Of a stretch of 64,000 nucleotides of DNA, positions 39,073 through 52,654 are shown one piece after another. A program made the translations under genes and the position numbers. How positions within the stretch are numbered: position 1 is the first letter of the stretch; every line of letters starts with the position of its first letter. The notes under the pieces are model-generated. The model had not been told where the DNA came from and ran no database searches. It worked only from the letters and a program-made list of their open reading frames with translations. This DNA is from Mobula hypostoma (Eukaryota): assembly GCF_963921235.1 (NCBI RefSeq), contig NC_086097.1:87422001-87486000 (forward strand), in the 5' to 3' direction.

Positions 39073-40639
39073 CTCTAAACTCCTATTATGTACCACTGAG
39101 GGCGAATGTTAATAAGTGTTTGATTTATGTAACAAAACCACAGAATTTTGAGAGAGCAAGCCTTGCATTTGTCACTGAAGGAAGATACAACAGCAAATTG
39201 AAATTATAGCAACTATAGTCTTGAGGTATAACAAGGCCAAGTTGACATCCCTAAGGTAATAAATAAATTTGAGCAGAGCTTCTCCTGAACCAGTCCTCTC
39301 TGTACTACATCAATGCTCCAACTATTTGAACACTCACCTTGAAAATGCTCTTGAGCATTACCATCCTATTGCCCTTTCTCTCTTCAATAACTTTGGTATG
39401 AAGAGTAAGACTAGTATTGTGTAGATAAAACACTTAAAATCAATGATAGATATTTCATAATATTTTGCCTCCTTTTCATATTGAAAAGAAATCATCCTGG
39501 TACAATTCCTTCATGATTAGCCTTCTGAGCTGGTTCATCTACCTGAAGTAAAAAATTGTTTTTCAAATTGTGAAAGACTGGGAGGTGAGAAACAATAGAT
39601 TACCCACTGAGAACGTTTGAGATTGACCAGTAGATTGATTGCAATGAGTTTGCAACTTGCATACTTACTGTAGACTCCTCTATCTTCGTATAGGCTGGAG
39701 AAGTCAGGGACAACTTTTGTTTGTGTGAACAACTGGTGAACCAGGTCAGTAGCTAGCAGAGAAGCAGGTCTGCTATGATCCAGAGAAAGGAATACACAGC
39801 CTCTGCCATAGAGCCAAAACCACTACAATATTGTTGAGTCACTATGCATTACCTGATTTGTGTGAAAACCGCACAACTGAGAATGAAACATCAGCAGTCC
39901 CTAACCTACAAGTGAAGCCATTAAAGCAGAGACGTCAAGATGTGCATTTTCTCCTCAGCTAGTGTGACCTGAACTGTTGCCTACCTTATTCCTCTACTCT
40001 AGAGTTTAGCATGCAACCCAATGCAGTGCCTATCATTTCATTATCAGTATTACTACAACTTAGCAACAGTATTATCATTTTGCCCTAAAATTGACTTCTT
40101 TTTGTTCCAATGTGTTCTTTCTTGTAAAAATTGTGTGTAATTTATATTTTCCAAGTCAGTGCTGCTTATCGGATGCTATGTGACGGCGATGCTGCTACAA
40201 GTAAGATCTTCATTGCACCTGTGCAGACATGTGCATCTGCATAGGTCAACAAACTCAACCTTGACTTTGACTTTCTTTGATGTAAACCCAGCATCGGTCT
40301 CTCATCTGGTATTTTCCACAGGATAGTAAAGTGACACTGTTACAACCCTTCGAGGTGGTTTCTCTCAATTTCTCTGCCGATAGTGAAGATCAGGACAAAA
40401 ATCATTGTCAGCAATGAAATCAGAAACTTATAGATCCAAATTCCACTCCAGAATCTTGAGCAGAAAAATATGAACTGCAACTCCAATGAGATTTTAAGGA
40501 AGTGCTACAACCCACTTCCCACAATTACTCGCAGCCTCTGTCTCACAACGCATCCCATCCCCCCACCTGGCTTCATCTGCCCAAATGGTCCCACCTCCCA
40601 ACTACCAGCTTCAGTCTCACTCTTTCTTCTCATTTATAT

Positions 40640-42010
40640 ATTAGAACCATGAAGTAATGCAGCAAGGGAAAAGGCCTTTGGCCCATCTAGTCTATGCTAA
40701 CCATCACACCTTCCCTCCTAGTGTTAGTTACCTGTGTTCAGCTCATAACCTGCCAAACCCCTCTCTCCCATGTACTTATCCAAGTGGCCCTTAAATATTG
40801 CAATTGTCCTGGCAGCTGATCCAGGTACTCACTCCCTTCGGTGTAAAGAAGTCATCTCTTTTAAATCTTTTCCTCCTTATCTTGTATCTGTGCTTTTTAG
40901 TTTTGGACTCCCACACCCTGGAGAAAGACTATGATTATCCACCTTATCCATCCCGCTCATGACTTTTCAAACTTTTATGAGATCACCTCTCATTCTCCCA
41001 TACCCCTAGGAATAAAGATCCAGCATGACAACTCTCTCTTTGTAACTCAGGCCCCCTGGTCCCAGCAGCATTCTTTTGCACTCTTGACAATGTCTTTCCT
41101 ATTACATTCTTGCTTTTATATTCTAGTCCTCTCGAAATGAATGCTAACATTGCATTTGCCTTCCCTACTACTATCTCAACCTGCAAATTAACCTTTAGAA
41201 AATTCTGCTCTAGGATACCAAGTCTGGTTTCTGAATTTGCAGCCTGTTCAGAAAATAGTCTTTGCCGTTTATTCCTTCTTCTAAAGTGCATGAGCATGCA
41301 CTTTCCCATACTGTATTCCACCTCCCACTTCTTCACCCATTTTCCTAACCTATCCAAGTCCTTGCTTCCTCAACACTACCAGACCCTTCACCTGCTTTGG
41401 ATCATCTGCAAACAGGACCACAAAGCCATCAATTCTGTCATTCAAATAATCAATGTATAACGTGAAAAGGAGTGGTCCCAATACCGACCCCTGTGGAACA
41501 CCACTAGTCACCAGCAGCCAACCTGAAAAGGTCCCTTTTATTCATTCACACACTTTGCCTCCTGCCAGACAACCTATCGTCTACCTATGCTAGTGTCTTT
41601 CCTGTAATACTATGAGCTTTTGTCTCGTTCAGCAGCCTCACATGCAGCACCTTGTCGAAGCCCTTCTGAAAATCTAAGTAAACAAGATGTATTGACTTGC
41701 CTTTGTCTATCCTGCCTGTTATTTCCTCAAAGAATTCCAATGGATTTGTCAGGCAAGGTTTTCCTTTCAGGAAACCATACTGACTTTGCGCTTCCAAGTA
41801 TCCCGAAACCTCATCCTTAATAATGGACTTCAACATCTTCCCAACCACTGAAGTCTGGCTAATGGCCTATAATTTCCTTTCTTCTATCTCCCCTCCTCTA
41901 AAAGAGTGGAGCGACATATGCAATTTTCCAGTCCTCCAGAAGAACCATTCCAGAGTCTAATATTTCTTGAAAGATCATTATTAATGCTTCCACAATCTCC
42001 TCAGCTACCA
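40640..42010 (-). mobile_element. CR1 LINE RT fragments, decayed
   Basis: QYGFLKGKPCLTN, VYLDFQKGFDKV, GVPQGSVLGPLLF, KANAMLAFISRGLEYKS. Confidence 0.88.
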
Positions 42011-45000
42011 TATATAAATGCAAGTTTTTTAAAGCTATATTTGGATTTTAAGCACAGAGGATGAGCAAAGGTGAATGAAAGGCTAACATTGGAAGTATCC
42101 CTACTTTGTTATGCATAGCATAGTGGTGTGAGAAGCATCAGAGTAAAAGGAAGCCCAAGCTTTGCAAAATCCTTCCTTTAGCTTAATACTCACAATGTCT
42201 CTGCTGAAGATAGCGAACATCTCTCCTCTATCTCTATGGACCTCAGGAAGTACCCCATTACCATGCTGCAACTAAGAGGAGAGATTATTGTTGGCAGCCC
42301 TGCTCAATTGTTTGAGAATGCAATCATACAATTATGGCAGGGTACTGGGTTAAAGATCACTTCGTTGTAGACAGTGATTAAAAGACAAGGTGTTGAAACG
42401 TTAAAAGCAAAAATGCAGAATACGGAGATTACTATCCACTGGTACATGGGAAGAGAAGTATGTGTGTCAGGAATTTGGGCACAAATTGGGGTTATACAGA
42501 AATTCAAAAGAAAATGGAATTAAGAGGCTTACATTATCTGCCCTGGTCAGGTTAAACTTCTTCCTATACTGGAACTGGGCTTATTTATTGATACTGTATC
42601 ATCTTAGCAAATAATCGTCCCGCCATTTGATATGGATGAGAATGCATTAGAACCTCTCCAATTAACTTGAAAACCCATTCAAATATATGCTATTGCTATT
42701 ATTTCCTCAAGATATCTTCAGGTTGTCTAAAACTAATACACTTTTTTTAAGAGGCACTATCTGTCTTTAAATTACAACACATTCGTGGTTTGATTAGATG
42801 AATGGCCAATTACCCATGAGATTAATACAGGCAGTCCACAACTTCAAATGCAATGAAGATCACAATTCATTTACTAGTACTGATCCCACTCCTCCACTGG
42901 CAATTGATGATTCCTGACTTTTTACCCAAAGGAGTAACCAATAGAGGAAAAGTAACCAAAGTGAAAACTTCAGAAATACACATTGCAGGACTTTTCCGAA
43001 TGAATGAACTTTGATTCAAATGACCTTCCACATCCATTATCAATGACTTTGGTAGCAAAGTCATATCGAGGTTTTCTTGCCTTTGTTAAAATAATTGCAT
43101 TTTATATGCTTGACTCCTGATGAAAGGCTTCATATTTCATATTAATAGTCCAATGAATGGTGTTATGATTGAAATATAAAATTATTATCTCACTGTCTAA
43201 ATATCACCAAACTTGCCTCTATGTTTTTTAAATTAAAAATTGCCTTTGCATTTTTTCTAAGCAATGTCTACTACATTGCCAGACCACATTTAGAACATTA
43301 AAACATAATAAGAAAAACAGCTAAGAGATTTTGAGTTCTTTCCGCCTACGCTCCCGATGTCTTCTAAAATGAATCATCTCTGCACAATATTATTGAGAAA
43401 ACTGCTGTCAGTGAAACAGTGCAGCCTTGTGGAAATATTACAATGCCATGGCCCTTTCAGACACTTAAAATCTATGAACCATTATCTGCCGTTGGGTCAC
43501 ATTAACACTATCCCTAGGTTGTTTTTAATTAACATAATTGCTCCAAATTAACATCTAATTTTAAGGAAAATTTATCACTTTGTTTAACAGATGTGAGCAA
43601 TGGCTAATCCATGTACTTAAATTGCCATCTTGCCTTGTGGTGCTCACCTCTTCTCAAGCACCAGAATGGTAATTTAAGACAGGTGACAAAACATATTGCA
43701 GGTGTATTGTACGAGCAAAATTTCTCCCAAGTGTCTAATCAAGTCTACTCATGGATTTAAACACATTTTAAACAAAGGAGCTATTATTGAATTTTATACT
43801 GTCGAAAGTTCTTTTCCCTTTCTCAGTAAGCCTGCTGCATCAGTAAAGAGCCAACATTGATCATGACTTGAGTTGTTCAAACGCCAGTTCAACCCTTTAA
43901 TACTTTCTGCTTTCACAAGAAGGAGTATTGATACCTGCCTTGCATTTTTCCATTCATCGCCACAATTGCTGAAGATAATGGGATGCAGATGCGCAACTGT
44001 CTTTCTTCTTTATCGTGGGTTCCCACAGAGTGTGATGGCTCACTTAATTCTGGATGGCATCACTGCCATTTTCCCTCCTGGACCCCAAAGTGTTATTCCC
44101 TTCTCTCAGTGAAGTGCCTTTTGACAGTTCATTGAAAACAATCTTCCATATCTCACCCATTATTTTCTCAAAGGAATGACAGATAGGCTCCCCTTATTAA
44201 TTTGGAAATAAAATGCACACTGCAGATTCTGGAGATCTTAAATAAAGACAGAGTATGTTGGAAGCACTCAGTATCCATGAAGTAGATTTTTTTTTCAGTT
44301 TCATGACTTTTCATTCTATCCTATTGGTAGTCTGTTGAATTTTAAGACTGAAATTGTTCAAAAAAACATATGTATACACGCAACCTCTGTGTTCCAAAAA
44401 AATGGTTCTCATTGCAACTTTCTGTAACTTGAAGCAATGGCTTTTATAAATGTATTAAGAAATGTGAATTGAAAAAAAATATATATTTATTTACATTTTT
44501 TTCATATAAATTCCAAGAGAGTGAATTTTATTCTTTTTCTCAAATTCTTGGATAATGTTTCATGAATTCTATAAGGGTGAATTTCAATTAACCAAAAGGC
44601 CATAATGAAGAGATTTATTGTCTGATAGCTAGGCATTATTGATGATAATCGTTACATGATTTTGCAGCCAGTGAATCTATTAGCACTGATGCTTTGGAAG
44701 ATTCACTTTTGGACTGTTCTGCAAATCATTTGCAAAGTTGCAGAGGAATACCTTACATACACTCTAGTTGTCTCTAAGTTTCAAAGGGTGACAACTAATT
44801 AATCAATCAATACATGAACATCTGTTTAGAGATTGTAGAAATAGAGTGAATTCTAACTCTGTCAGAAATTCTCTCCATTCTTGCCCTTAAAGAAATTGCA
44901 CCACAGAAATATCCCTAGAATTACACCCAAAATGCCATCATCAGTATTTAGCAAAACTCTGGTTAATGGAAAACTGATGAGTTTATCTAAGACCCGAAGA

Positions 45001-45212
45001 AAGGCACTCAGTCAATCCTGTCAAAAGTAATTCCTTCTACCAGAGAAAATAAAACTATTCCAATCCAGATTGTTTATATTATGCAGGAGCTGTAGCCATC
45101 AACAGGTAAATTTTAGAAGGGTCTTTTCCTGGCTTGCCCAACTGAAACATGGCAAGAGTCCAAATTTGTTTGACAGTTTTAGAACAAACAGTACATGCAA
45201 CCTCAATGCCAG

Positions 45213-46747
45213 AACAGCTGAAACGTCTCAACCCAAGCAAGGCTGCAGGACCGGATGGTGTCGGTACCAGGGTGCTCAAAGCCTGTGCCCCTCAGCTATG
45301 TGGAGTACTTTGCCATGTATTCAACCTGAGCCTGAGGCTCGGGAGGGTTCCTGTACTGTGGAAAACGTCCTGCCTCGTCCCTGTGCCGAAGACGCCGTGC
45401 CCCAGCGGCCTCAATGACTACAGACTGGTGGCATTGACCTCCCACATCATGAAGACCCTGGAGAGACTTGTTCTGGAGCTGCTCCGGCCTATGGTCAGGC
45501 CACACTTAGATCCCCTCCAGTTCACCTACCAGCCCCGACTAGGAGTTGAGGATGCCATCGTCTACCTGCTGAACCGTGTCCACGCCCACCTGGACACCCA
45601 GCGAGCACTGTGAGGGTCATGTTTTTTGACTTCTCCAGTGCGTTCAACACCATCCGCCCTGCTCTGCTGGGGGAGAGGCTGACAGCGATGCAGGTGGATG
45701 CTTCCCTGGTATCATGGATTCTTGATTACCTGACTGGCAGACCACAGTATGTGTGCTTGCAACACTGTGTGTCCGACAGAGTGATCAGCAGCACTGGGGC
45801 TCCACAGGGGACTGTCTTGTCTCCCTTCCTCTTCACCATTTACACCTCGGACTTCAACTACTGTACAGAGTCTTGTCATCTTCAGAAGTTTTCGGATGAC
45901 TCTGCCATAGTTGGATGCATCAGCAAGGGAGATGAGGCTGAGTACAGGGCTATGGTAGGAAACTTTGTCACATGGTGTGAGCATAATTATCTGCAGCTTA
46001 ATGTGAAAAAGACTAAGGAGCTGGTGGTAGACCTGAGGAGAGCTAAGGTACCGGTGACCCCTGTTTCCAGCCAGGGGGTCAGTGTGGACATGGTGGAGGA
46101 TTACAGATACCTGGGGATACGAACTGACAATAAACTGGACTGGTCAAAGAACACTGAGGCTGTCTACAAGAAGGGTCAGAGCCATTTCTATTTCCTGAGG
46201 AAACTGAGGTCCTTTAACATCTGCCGGACGATGCTGAGGATGTTCTACGAGTCTGTGGTGGCCAGTGCTATCATGTTTGCTGTTGTGTGCTGGGGCAGCA
46301 GGTTGAGTGTAGCAGACACCAACAGAATCAACAAACTCATTCGTAAGACCAGTGATGTTGTGTGGATGGAACTGGACTCTCTGACGGTGGTGTCTGAAAA
46401 GAGGATGCTGTCTAAGTTGCATGCCTCCTTGGTCAATGTCTCTCATCCACTACATAATGTATGGGGTGGGCACAGGAGTACATTCAGCCAGAGACTCATT
46501 CCACCGAGATGTAGCACAGAGCGTCATAGGAAGTCATTCCTGCCTGTGGCCATCAAACTTTACAACTCCTCCCTTGGAGGGTCAGACATCCTGAGCCAAT
46601 AGGCTGGTCCTGGACATTTCATAATTTACTGGCATAGTTTACATATTACTATTTAACTATTTATGGTTCTATTACTATTTATTATTTATAGTGCAACTGC
46701 AATGAAAACCAATTTCCCCCGGGATCAATAAAGTATGACTATGACTA
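45213..46747 (+). mobile_element. Rex1/Babar LINE, 5'-truncated, young (one frameshift near 45600)
   Basis: ORFs 45149-45613 and 45610-46602 cover the RT (KAAGPDG, DFSSAFNT, GAPQGTVLSP, KFSDDS, YRYLG). Tail AATAAAG(TATGAC)n. Confidence 0.95.
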
Positions 46748-46834
46748 AGACTGCATATTCTGTGCAAATTCCTGGCCCTCACACTTGACTATTAATTCTG
46801 ATGCATGACACTGTACGTCCACAAGCAAAGCTGA

Positions 46835-47300
46835 CATGAGATGGGTTAACATATGAGATACGTTTGTCCGCTCTTGGACTGTATTCCTTGGAGTTTAGAA
46901 GAATGAGGGGAGACCTCATAGAAACACTTCGAATATTAAAAGGCATGGACAGAGTGGATGTGGCAAAGTTGTTTCCCATGATGGGGGAGTCTGGTACGAG
47001 AGGGTATGACTTAAGGATTGAAGGGCGCCCATTCAGAACAGAAATGCGAAGAAATTTTTTTAGACAGAGGGTGGTGAATCTATGGAATTTGTTGTCATGG
47101 GCAGCAGTGGAGGCCAAGTCATTGGGTGTATTTAAGACAGAGATTGATAGGTATCTGAGTAGCCAGGGCATCAAAGGTTATGATGAGAAGGCAGGGGAGT
47201 GGGACTAAATAGGAGAATGGATCAGCTCATGATAAAATGGTGAAGCTGACTCGATGGGCCGAATGGCCTACTTCTGCTCCTTTGTCTTATGGTCTTATGG
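46835..47300 (+). mobile_element. CR1 LINE 3' end
   Basis: LGLYSLEFRRMRGDLIE, RNFFRQRVVNLWN; tail TCTTATGGTCTTATGG. Confidence 0.92.
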
Positions 47301-48873
47301 AATTGTGGTATTTGGTTTCAACATGGCTTTCTGGCATGAGTAATTACAAATATCAGGAATGTGAGAAACCAGAGCAAGCAAGTCCTTCTACCCCATTCTG
47401 CCACTTATTATGAACATTGTTGATCTTCTACCCAAACACTGTTTTCTAACTCTATTAACATAATCATTAATGTCCAGAAATCCTTCGTCACCTGCTTCAA
47501 ATGAATACGTCAGCACAACTTCTATGGCTGTACTTCCCAACCCTTGTCTTTCATACCTTTACATAAAAACCATTTTAAAAAATTTAAAATACAGTGCACA
47601 GTGCAGGAAAACAGGAGCCGCAAATTTAAAGCAAATAATTGCAAAAAACTATTCAAATCTTTTTAAAGGTACAAATAAAATTATTTAATTACAATAAAAC
47701 AATTTTCATCAACAATATTAGAGCATACATTAATAGTCCAACTATTCACTACTTCATTGCTTTTTCACGTTTCAATGAGATGGATGGGTTTGATGCAATA
47801 ATATCAGCTTCTCAACACTCAGGAGTCTTTGATCCCCATATTAACTCTGTTTTGCTGCTTTGAAAGAAGTTGGGTGACTGCACTGAAACCGCACACCACT
47901 AACTATGATGTTGGAAAGGCAATAAAGAATATATTGACCTTTCGCCACAGTGCAGAAGATCATTCAGAGATTTCTTTCTATAACCATAAGTGTTGATATG
48001 ATTTTTTGAAGCTCGGTTTCAACTCAGTCATTTCGTAGTGAAATCATTTCTTCCTCATCCTTCCTGTTAATTCCTCATTACAACTGTTCAGGAAAGGATT
48101 TATTACCCAATCTGGAAGTTTGATTGAGAGAAGACCTTGAAATCTCACTGATATGTGTTTATGTAAATCACACAGGTGGGTACAGTATATTTGAAGATAA
48201 TCTGGTATTCTTACTTTCTCTTCCAACTCAGAGGTTTGGAAATAGGAAAAGGTCGCAATGGCTGTTGCCCTTAAACAGGATTAACTTGGACAGAAATGTG
48301 GAGATGATTGATTTGATTTTGATAAGGTTCATGTCATTTTCTTGCATTTGAAGACTGATTTCATTAAACTTTGCAGGTAATTCTGCAAATAAGCAATCTC
48401 ATGCCTAATATTCTTGAGTTGATTACTGAATGAAGCATTCAAGTCTTCAGAGGATTTTATTTTAGTTTCAAAAAGTGCATAAAAACATCTCAGGCACTTT
48501 CCTTTTGAGAGTCATCTGACTTCTGTGTGCAACAGCAGGCGTTCAAACTGTTCATCGTTCTCAATACAAAGCTCTCAAAATAGTCAAAAATTGAGAACAT
48601 GGGACTTGAATTTACTTTGACAACAGTATTTAATGATTTGTATAGCCAATCACTTAGGTTTTATTCTGGCAAGACATTGTCTGTGAATTACACAGTGAAT
48701 GGTAAATATGTTAGGTACAGCTTCAGCTTGTTTTCAAAATAGAAATAACCCTATAGTGGTATCCTGTCATTGATGGTGCCCCACTCTAGTGCACAACCAA
48801 GAATGGTGGTGAGCAGAATGTCATTCTCCTTGAAAAATTGCTCAACAACCCAAAATATTAACTCCCTCTTTTG

Positions 48874-50019
48874 ATGAGGGAGATGTCTTCCTTTTTTAAA
48901 GAAAGGGGCTTCCCTTCCTCCACTATCAACTCTGCTCTTAAACGCATCTCCCCCATTTCATGTACATCTGCTCTCACTCCATCCTCCCGCCACCCCACTA
49001 GGAATAGGATTCCCCTGGTCCTCACCTACCACCCCACCAGCCTCCGGGTCCAACATATTATTCTCCTTAACTTCTGCCACCTCCAACAGGATCCCACCAC
49101 TAAGCACATCTTTCCCTCCCCGCCTCTCTCTGCATTCCGCAGGGATCGCTCCCTACACAACTCCCTTGTCCATTCGTCCCCCCCATCCCTCCCCACTGAT
49201 CTCCCTCCTGGCACTTATCCGTGTAAGCGGAACAAGTGCTACACATGCCCTTACACTTCCTCCCTTACCACCATTCAGGGCCCCAAACAGTCCTTCCAGG
49301 TGAGGCAACACTTCACCTGTGAGTCGACTGGGGTGATATACTGCGTCTGGTGCTCCCGATGTGGCCTTTTATATATTGGCAAGACCCGACGCAGACTGGG
49401 AGACCGCTTTGCTGAACATCTACACTCTGTCCGCCAGAGAAAGCAGGATCTCCCAGTGGCCACACATTTTAATTCCACATCCCATTCCCATTCTGACATG
49501 TCTATCCACGGCCTCCTCTACTGTAAAGATGAAGCCACACTCAGGTTGGAGGAACAACACCTTATATTCCGTCTGGGTAGCCTCCAACCTGATGGCATGA
49601 ACATCGACTTCTCTAACTTCCGCTAAGGCCCCACCTCCCCCTTGTACCCCATCTGTTACTCATTTTTATGCACACATTCTTTCTCTCACTCTCCTTTTTC
49701 TCCCTCTGTCCCTCTGAATATACCTCTTGCCCATCCTCTGGTTCCCCCCGCCTTGTTTTTCTTCCCGGACCTCCTGTCCCATGATCCTCTCGTATCCCCT
49801 TTTGCCTATCACCTGTCCAGCTCTTGGCTCTATCCCTCCCCCTCCTGTCTTCTCCTATCATTTTGGATCTCCCCCTCCCCCTCCAACTTTCAAATCCCTT
49901 ACTCACTCTTCCTTCAGTTAGTCCTGACGAAGGGTCTCGGCCTGAAACGTTGACTGCACCTCTTCCTACAGATGCTGCTTGGCCTGCTGCGTTCACCAGC
50001 AACTTTGATGTGTGTTGCT
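48874..50019 (+). mobile_element. Penelope-like element 3' part (open 251 aa linker plus GIY-YIG ORF, and pLTR)
   Basis: ORF 48871-49626: FKERGFP, YPCKRNKCYTC, VIYCVWCSRCGLLYIGKT, RFAEH, PDGMN. 11 bp TSD TCCCTCTTTTG at 48863-48873 and 50020-50030. Confidence 0.95.
49920..49955 (+). ncRNA. Minimal type I hammerhead motif, cleavage triplet GUU
   Basis: AGTC CTGACGA AGG-GTCTCGG-CCT GAAA CG TT GACT. Confidence 0.72.
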
Positions 50020-50971
50020 TCCCTCTTTTGTATCTGTTTCTAGTCCCCTTGCAAATAACAACTCTTGAACCATGCTTTAATTTTTCATGAAGCAAAGATT
50101 TTTGCCTGACAAAGTTGACTCATCCAACTGAAGAACGAATTCTGTTGTCTTCCACATTGTCAAACATTTCATCTACTCATCTTTAAACAGAGTTATCGCA
50201 GAGTAGAATTGCCTTAATTATTTGGTCTGGTGACTTATGTAAAATAGCCTCCCTTACTGACGGTGGAATCAGTTCTTCTCCAATTGTATGGGTCTTTCCA
50301 GACTCATCAACATCAACAAAATGTTGTATGAAGCATGCAAACTATCACAGTCCCTCACTCCAGGGCACATAACTACTCAATGCTCTCTGCAATCTCCTGG
50401 CCCTCTCCGATGAGTACTTTAATTTTTTTTAAAAATTACCTTTCTTCTCTTTGTTCACTCTCTTACCATGACTCTCCCTCCACACCGGTCCATAACCTCA
50501 CCAATTTCCCTGGTTACTGTAACACCAACCAATCCCACTTTTGCTGCAATGCACAATTTTGGCCAACAGTTTTGTCACTCACCACATGATTCCACTTACA
50601 TCATCACATTGTTGTAATGGCTCAATTTAACCCAGTCTTTTCAAAGAAAAATTTCCCATGGCGCCCTAGAGACCTTGCGCACATTTAAAATAATACTTTT
50701 CTTAAATTAAGCCTATAATCTCTCAGACTGGGCCTCCCCCCTGCCCCCACCACTGCTCCCTTTATTTTTTTTGCCTCCTTGGAAACTTCCAATGCCCCCA
50801 GGAAGGCAATATCACTCACATTGCCAATCAATAAATAGAATCTATGGGACTGTGAAATGCAATGAAGAAATTTTACCTCATCTCAAAATGCCTAAGGAAG
50901 AGGAAATTGGCATGAGATTTTTCTAAGTCTCTCCTTTGCTTTATTAGTAGTATCAGACTTGTGTAGTTATA

Positions 50972-51120
50972 ACATAGATGGCGAGGCCTCGAGCTGCTCA
51001 GCAGGCTTGGTGGATTCGTTCTGATGAAGGGCCTCAATCTGAAATTCTGACTGTCCATTGCCGTGCATAGAGGCAGTTCGACCTGCTGAGTTCCTCCGGC
51101 TCGTTTGTGTGTTGTTCATT
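50972..51120 (+). mobile_element. Diverged Penelope pLTR fragment with degenerate hammerhead
   Basis: CTGATGA AGG GCCTCAA TCT GAAA TTCT GACTG...CCTGCTGAGTTCCTCC. Confidence 0.7.
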
Positions 51121-52654
51121 CAAGAAAGCATTCTACCAGCAAAGGTGCTAACTTTTGACAGAGATGTCAAGTTGAAGCTTATCCTGTCTGTTCTACTGGG
51201 CATGAGATACTCTATACTCTAACACCTCCAACCTAGTCTAAGCAAGCTCCTCTGACATTTAACTCACTGCAATTTGTAGAATCATTATGTATGCAAACAA
51301 TCTGCCACATTTCCTGACACTAAATACTTTTAAAATATTTAATTAACTATCCAATGGTTTGAAAAGGGCTGAGTATTTTCTATAAAGGCTGCATTTTTTT
51401 TTTCTTCTTCATAAAGTAGTATAGGCCTCCCAACAACCTCTTGCTGTTTTTACCAGATAGGGAGCATTGCATAAGTGCTGCAAGGTCAAAGAGAGAAGAA
51501 GTCAATTTTAAAAGCATATAATGTCCAATATAAAGTTTTTATAGATTTGATACTGAAAATATTACATTTCCTGTGTTATCTTGGGACATGCTTCCATAAT
51601 TATTCAGATAGTTGCAGTTACTGTATATTACAAGGTATGAGTGACTTGTGTTAACACGCTGTGGCAATCTCTCAGAAGTAAAATTGTCATTTCTAGGTTC
51701 AACTTTTATACATTGGAAGCAGGAAAAGCAATTAAAGCATTTTGACACTGAACAAGTGCATTCAGTACTAGAAATGTGGCTGTTCAAGGGTGTCTGTGCA
51801 TTATGCTTTGGGTCATGTTCAATATACTACGTAGTCACTCCATCATAGGTCTTTTGATCTGATCCTCACACAACATTTTAGCTCAGCGGTTCCTCCAGAT
51901 TCCTGTGAGGTGGCATTGTGGGTCTTTGAATAAGTATAACATTTGCTGCCACCACCTACTTCATTCACCTCAGCTCAAATCCCTACCATATTCCTGTAGA
52001 TGAGTGCTTGTAGAGTGCTCTTATCAGCAAAGGAGGAAGGATTTCATTGTTGTGCCTTGCCACTTTGCAGATCCGTGGAGCTTTAAGAGGAAATTCTGTG
52101 ACATTTAATCATTGTCTTCTTAAAATGCAATCAATCCACAGCTAATAGCTTAATGTGCCTCCATGGCCCAGTCATGCTAGACAATAGCAACACACAGGAA
52201 GGCTTTTTTTCAAAGGGAGTTTAATATAAGAATTTCAGGTTGTATACTGCATATATTCTCTGATATTAAATTGAACCACTGAACATACCAGGGATTCTAC
52301 TTAACAGTGATCTTTCTTCAAGGCTATTTTGATTGGTTGCTTTTAAATAATCATTGCTACAAAGTACCTCAAACATTGCTGATTTTATGAGCTGTTAGCA
52401 ATAGACCAGAGATTCCATGGATGCATGAAGAAAGGGTGCCCAATTCTTAGAACATGGAAAGCATATACACATCATGTACAAAAATCATTGCTGGCACTTC
52501 CATACCTGTGACACTCTATCACACTAAAACCACTGGAGGTGTACTGCTTAATGGACATCACTATTATAAAATTCTTTTTGTTGTAATTTATTTTTTATTG
52601 AAGTTCATCATCAAATAAGACTTTCCATAAGCTAGTCATATTCGTCACAAATCT

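Larger units (their letters stand above)
47700..50340 (-). pseudogene. hAT/Buster transposase remnant (ZBED/SCAND3-like), split by a Penelope insert
   Basis: Minus translations KTHTIGEELI, QLDEST, GAPSMTG, HCVIHRQ, LLHTEVR*LSKG, PDWVINPF, AFPTS. Outer termini not resolved (possibly ~47527 and ~50832). Confidence 0.88.

Noticed and set aside
43117..43135. CTGATGA hammerhead-like seed
   Set aside because: No stem II, GAAA or stem I partner in the required arrangement.
47700..50340. Domesticated ZBED/SCAND3 gene
   Set aside because: Multiple stops and frameshifts, plus a Penelope insertion in the coding region.
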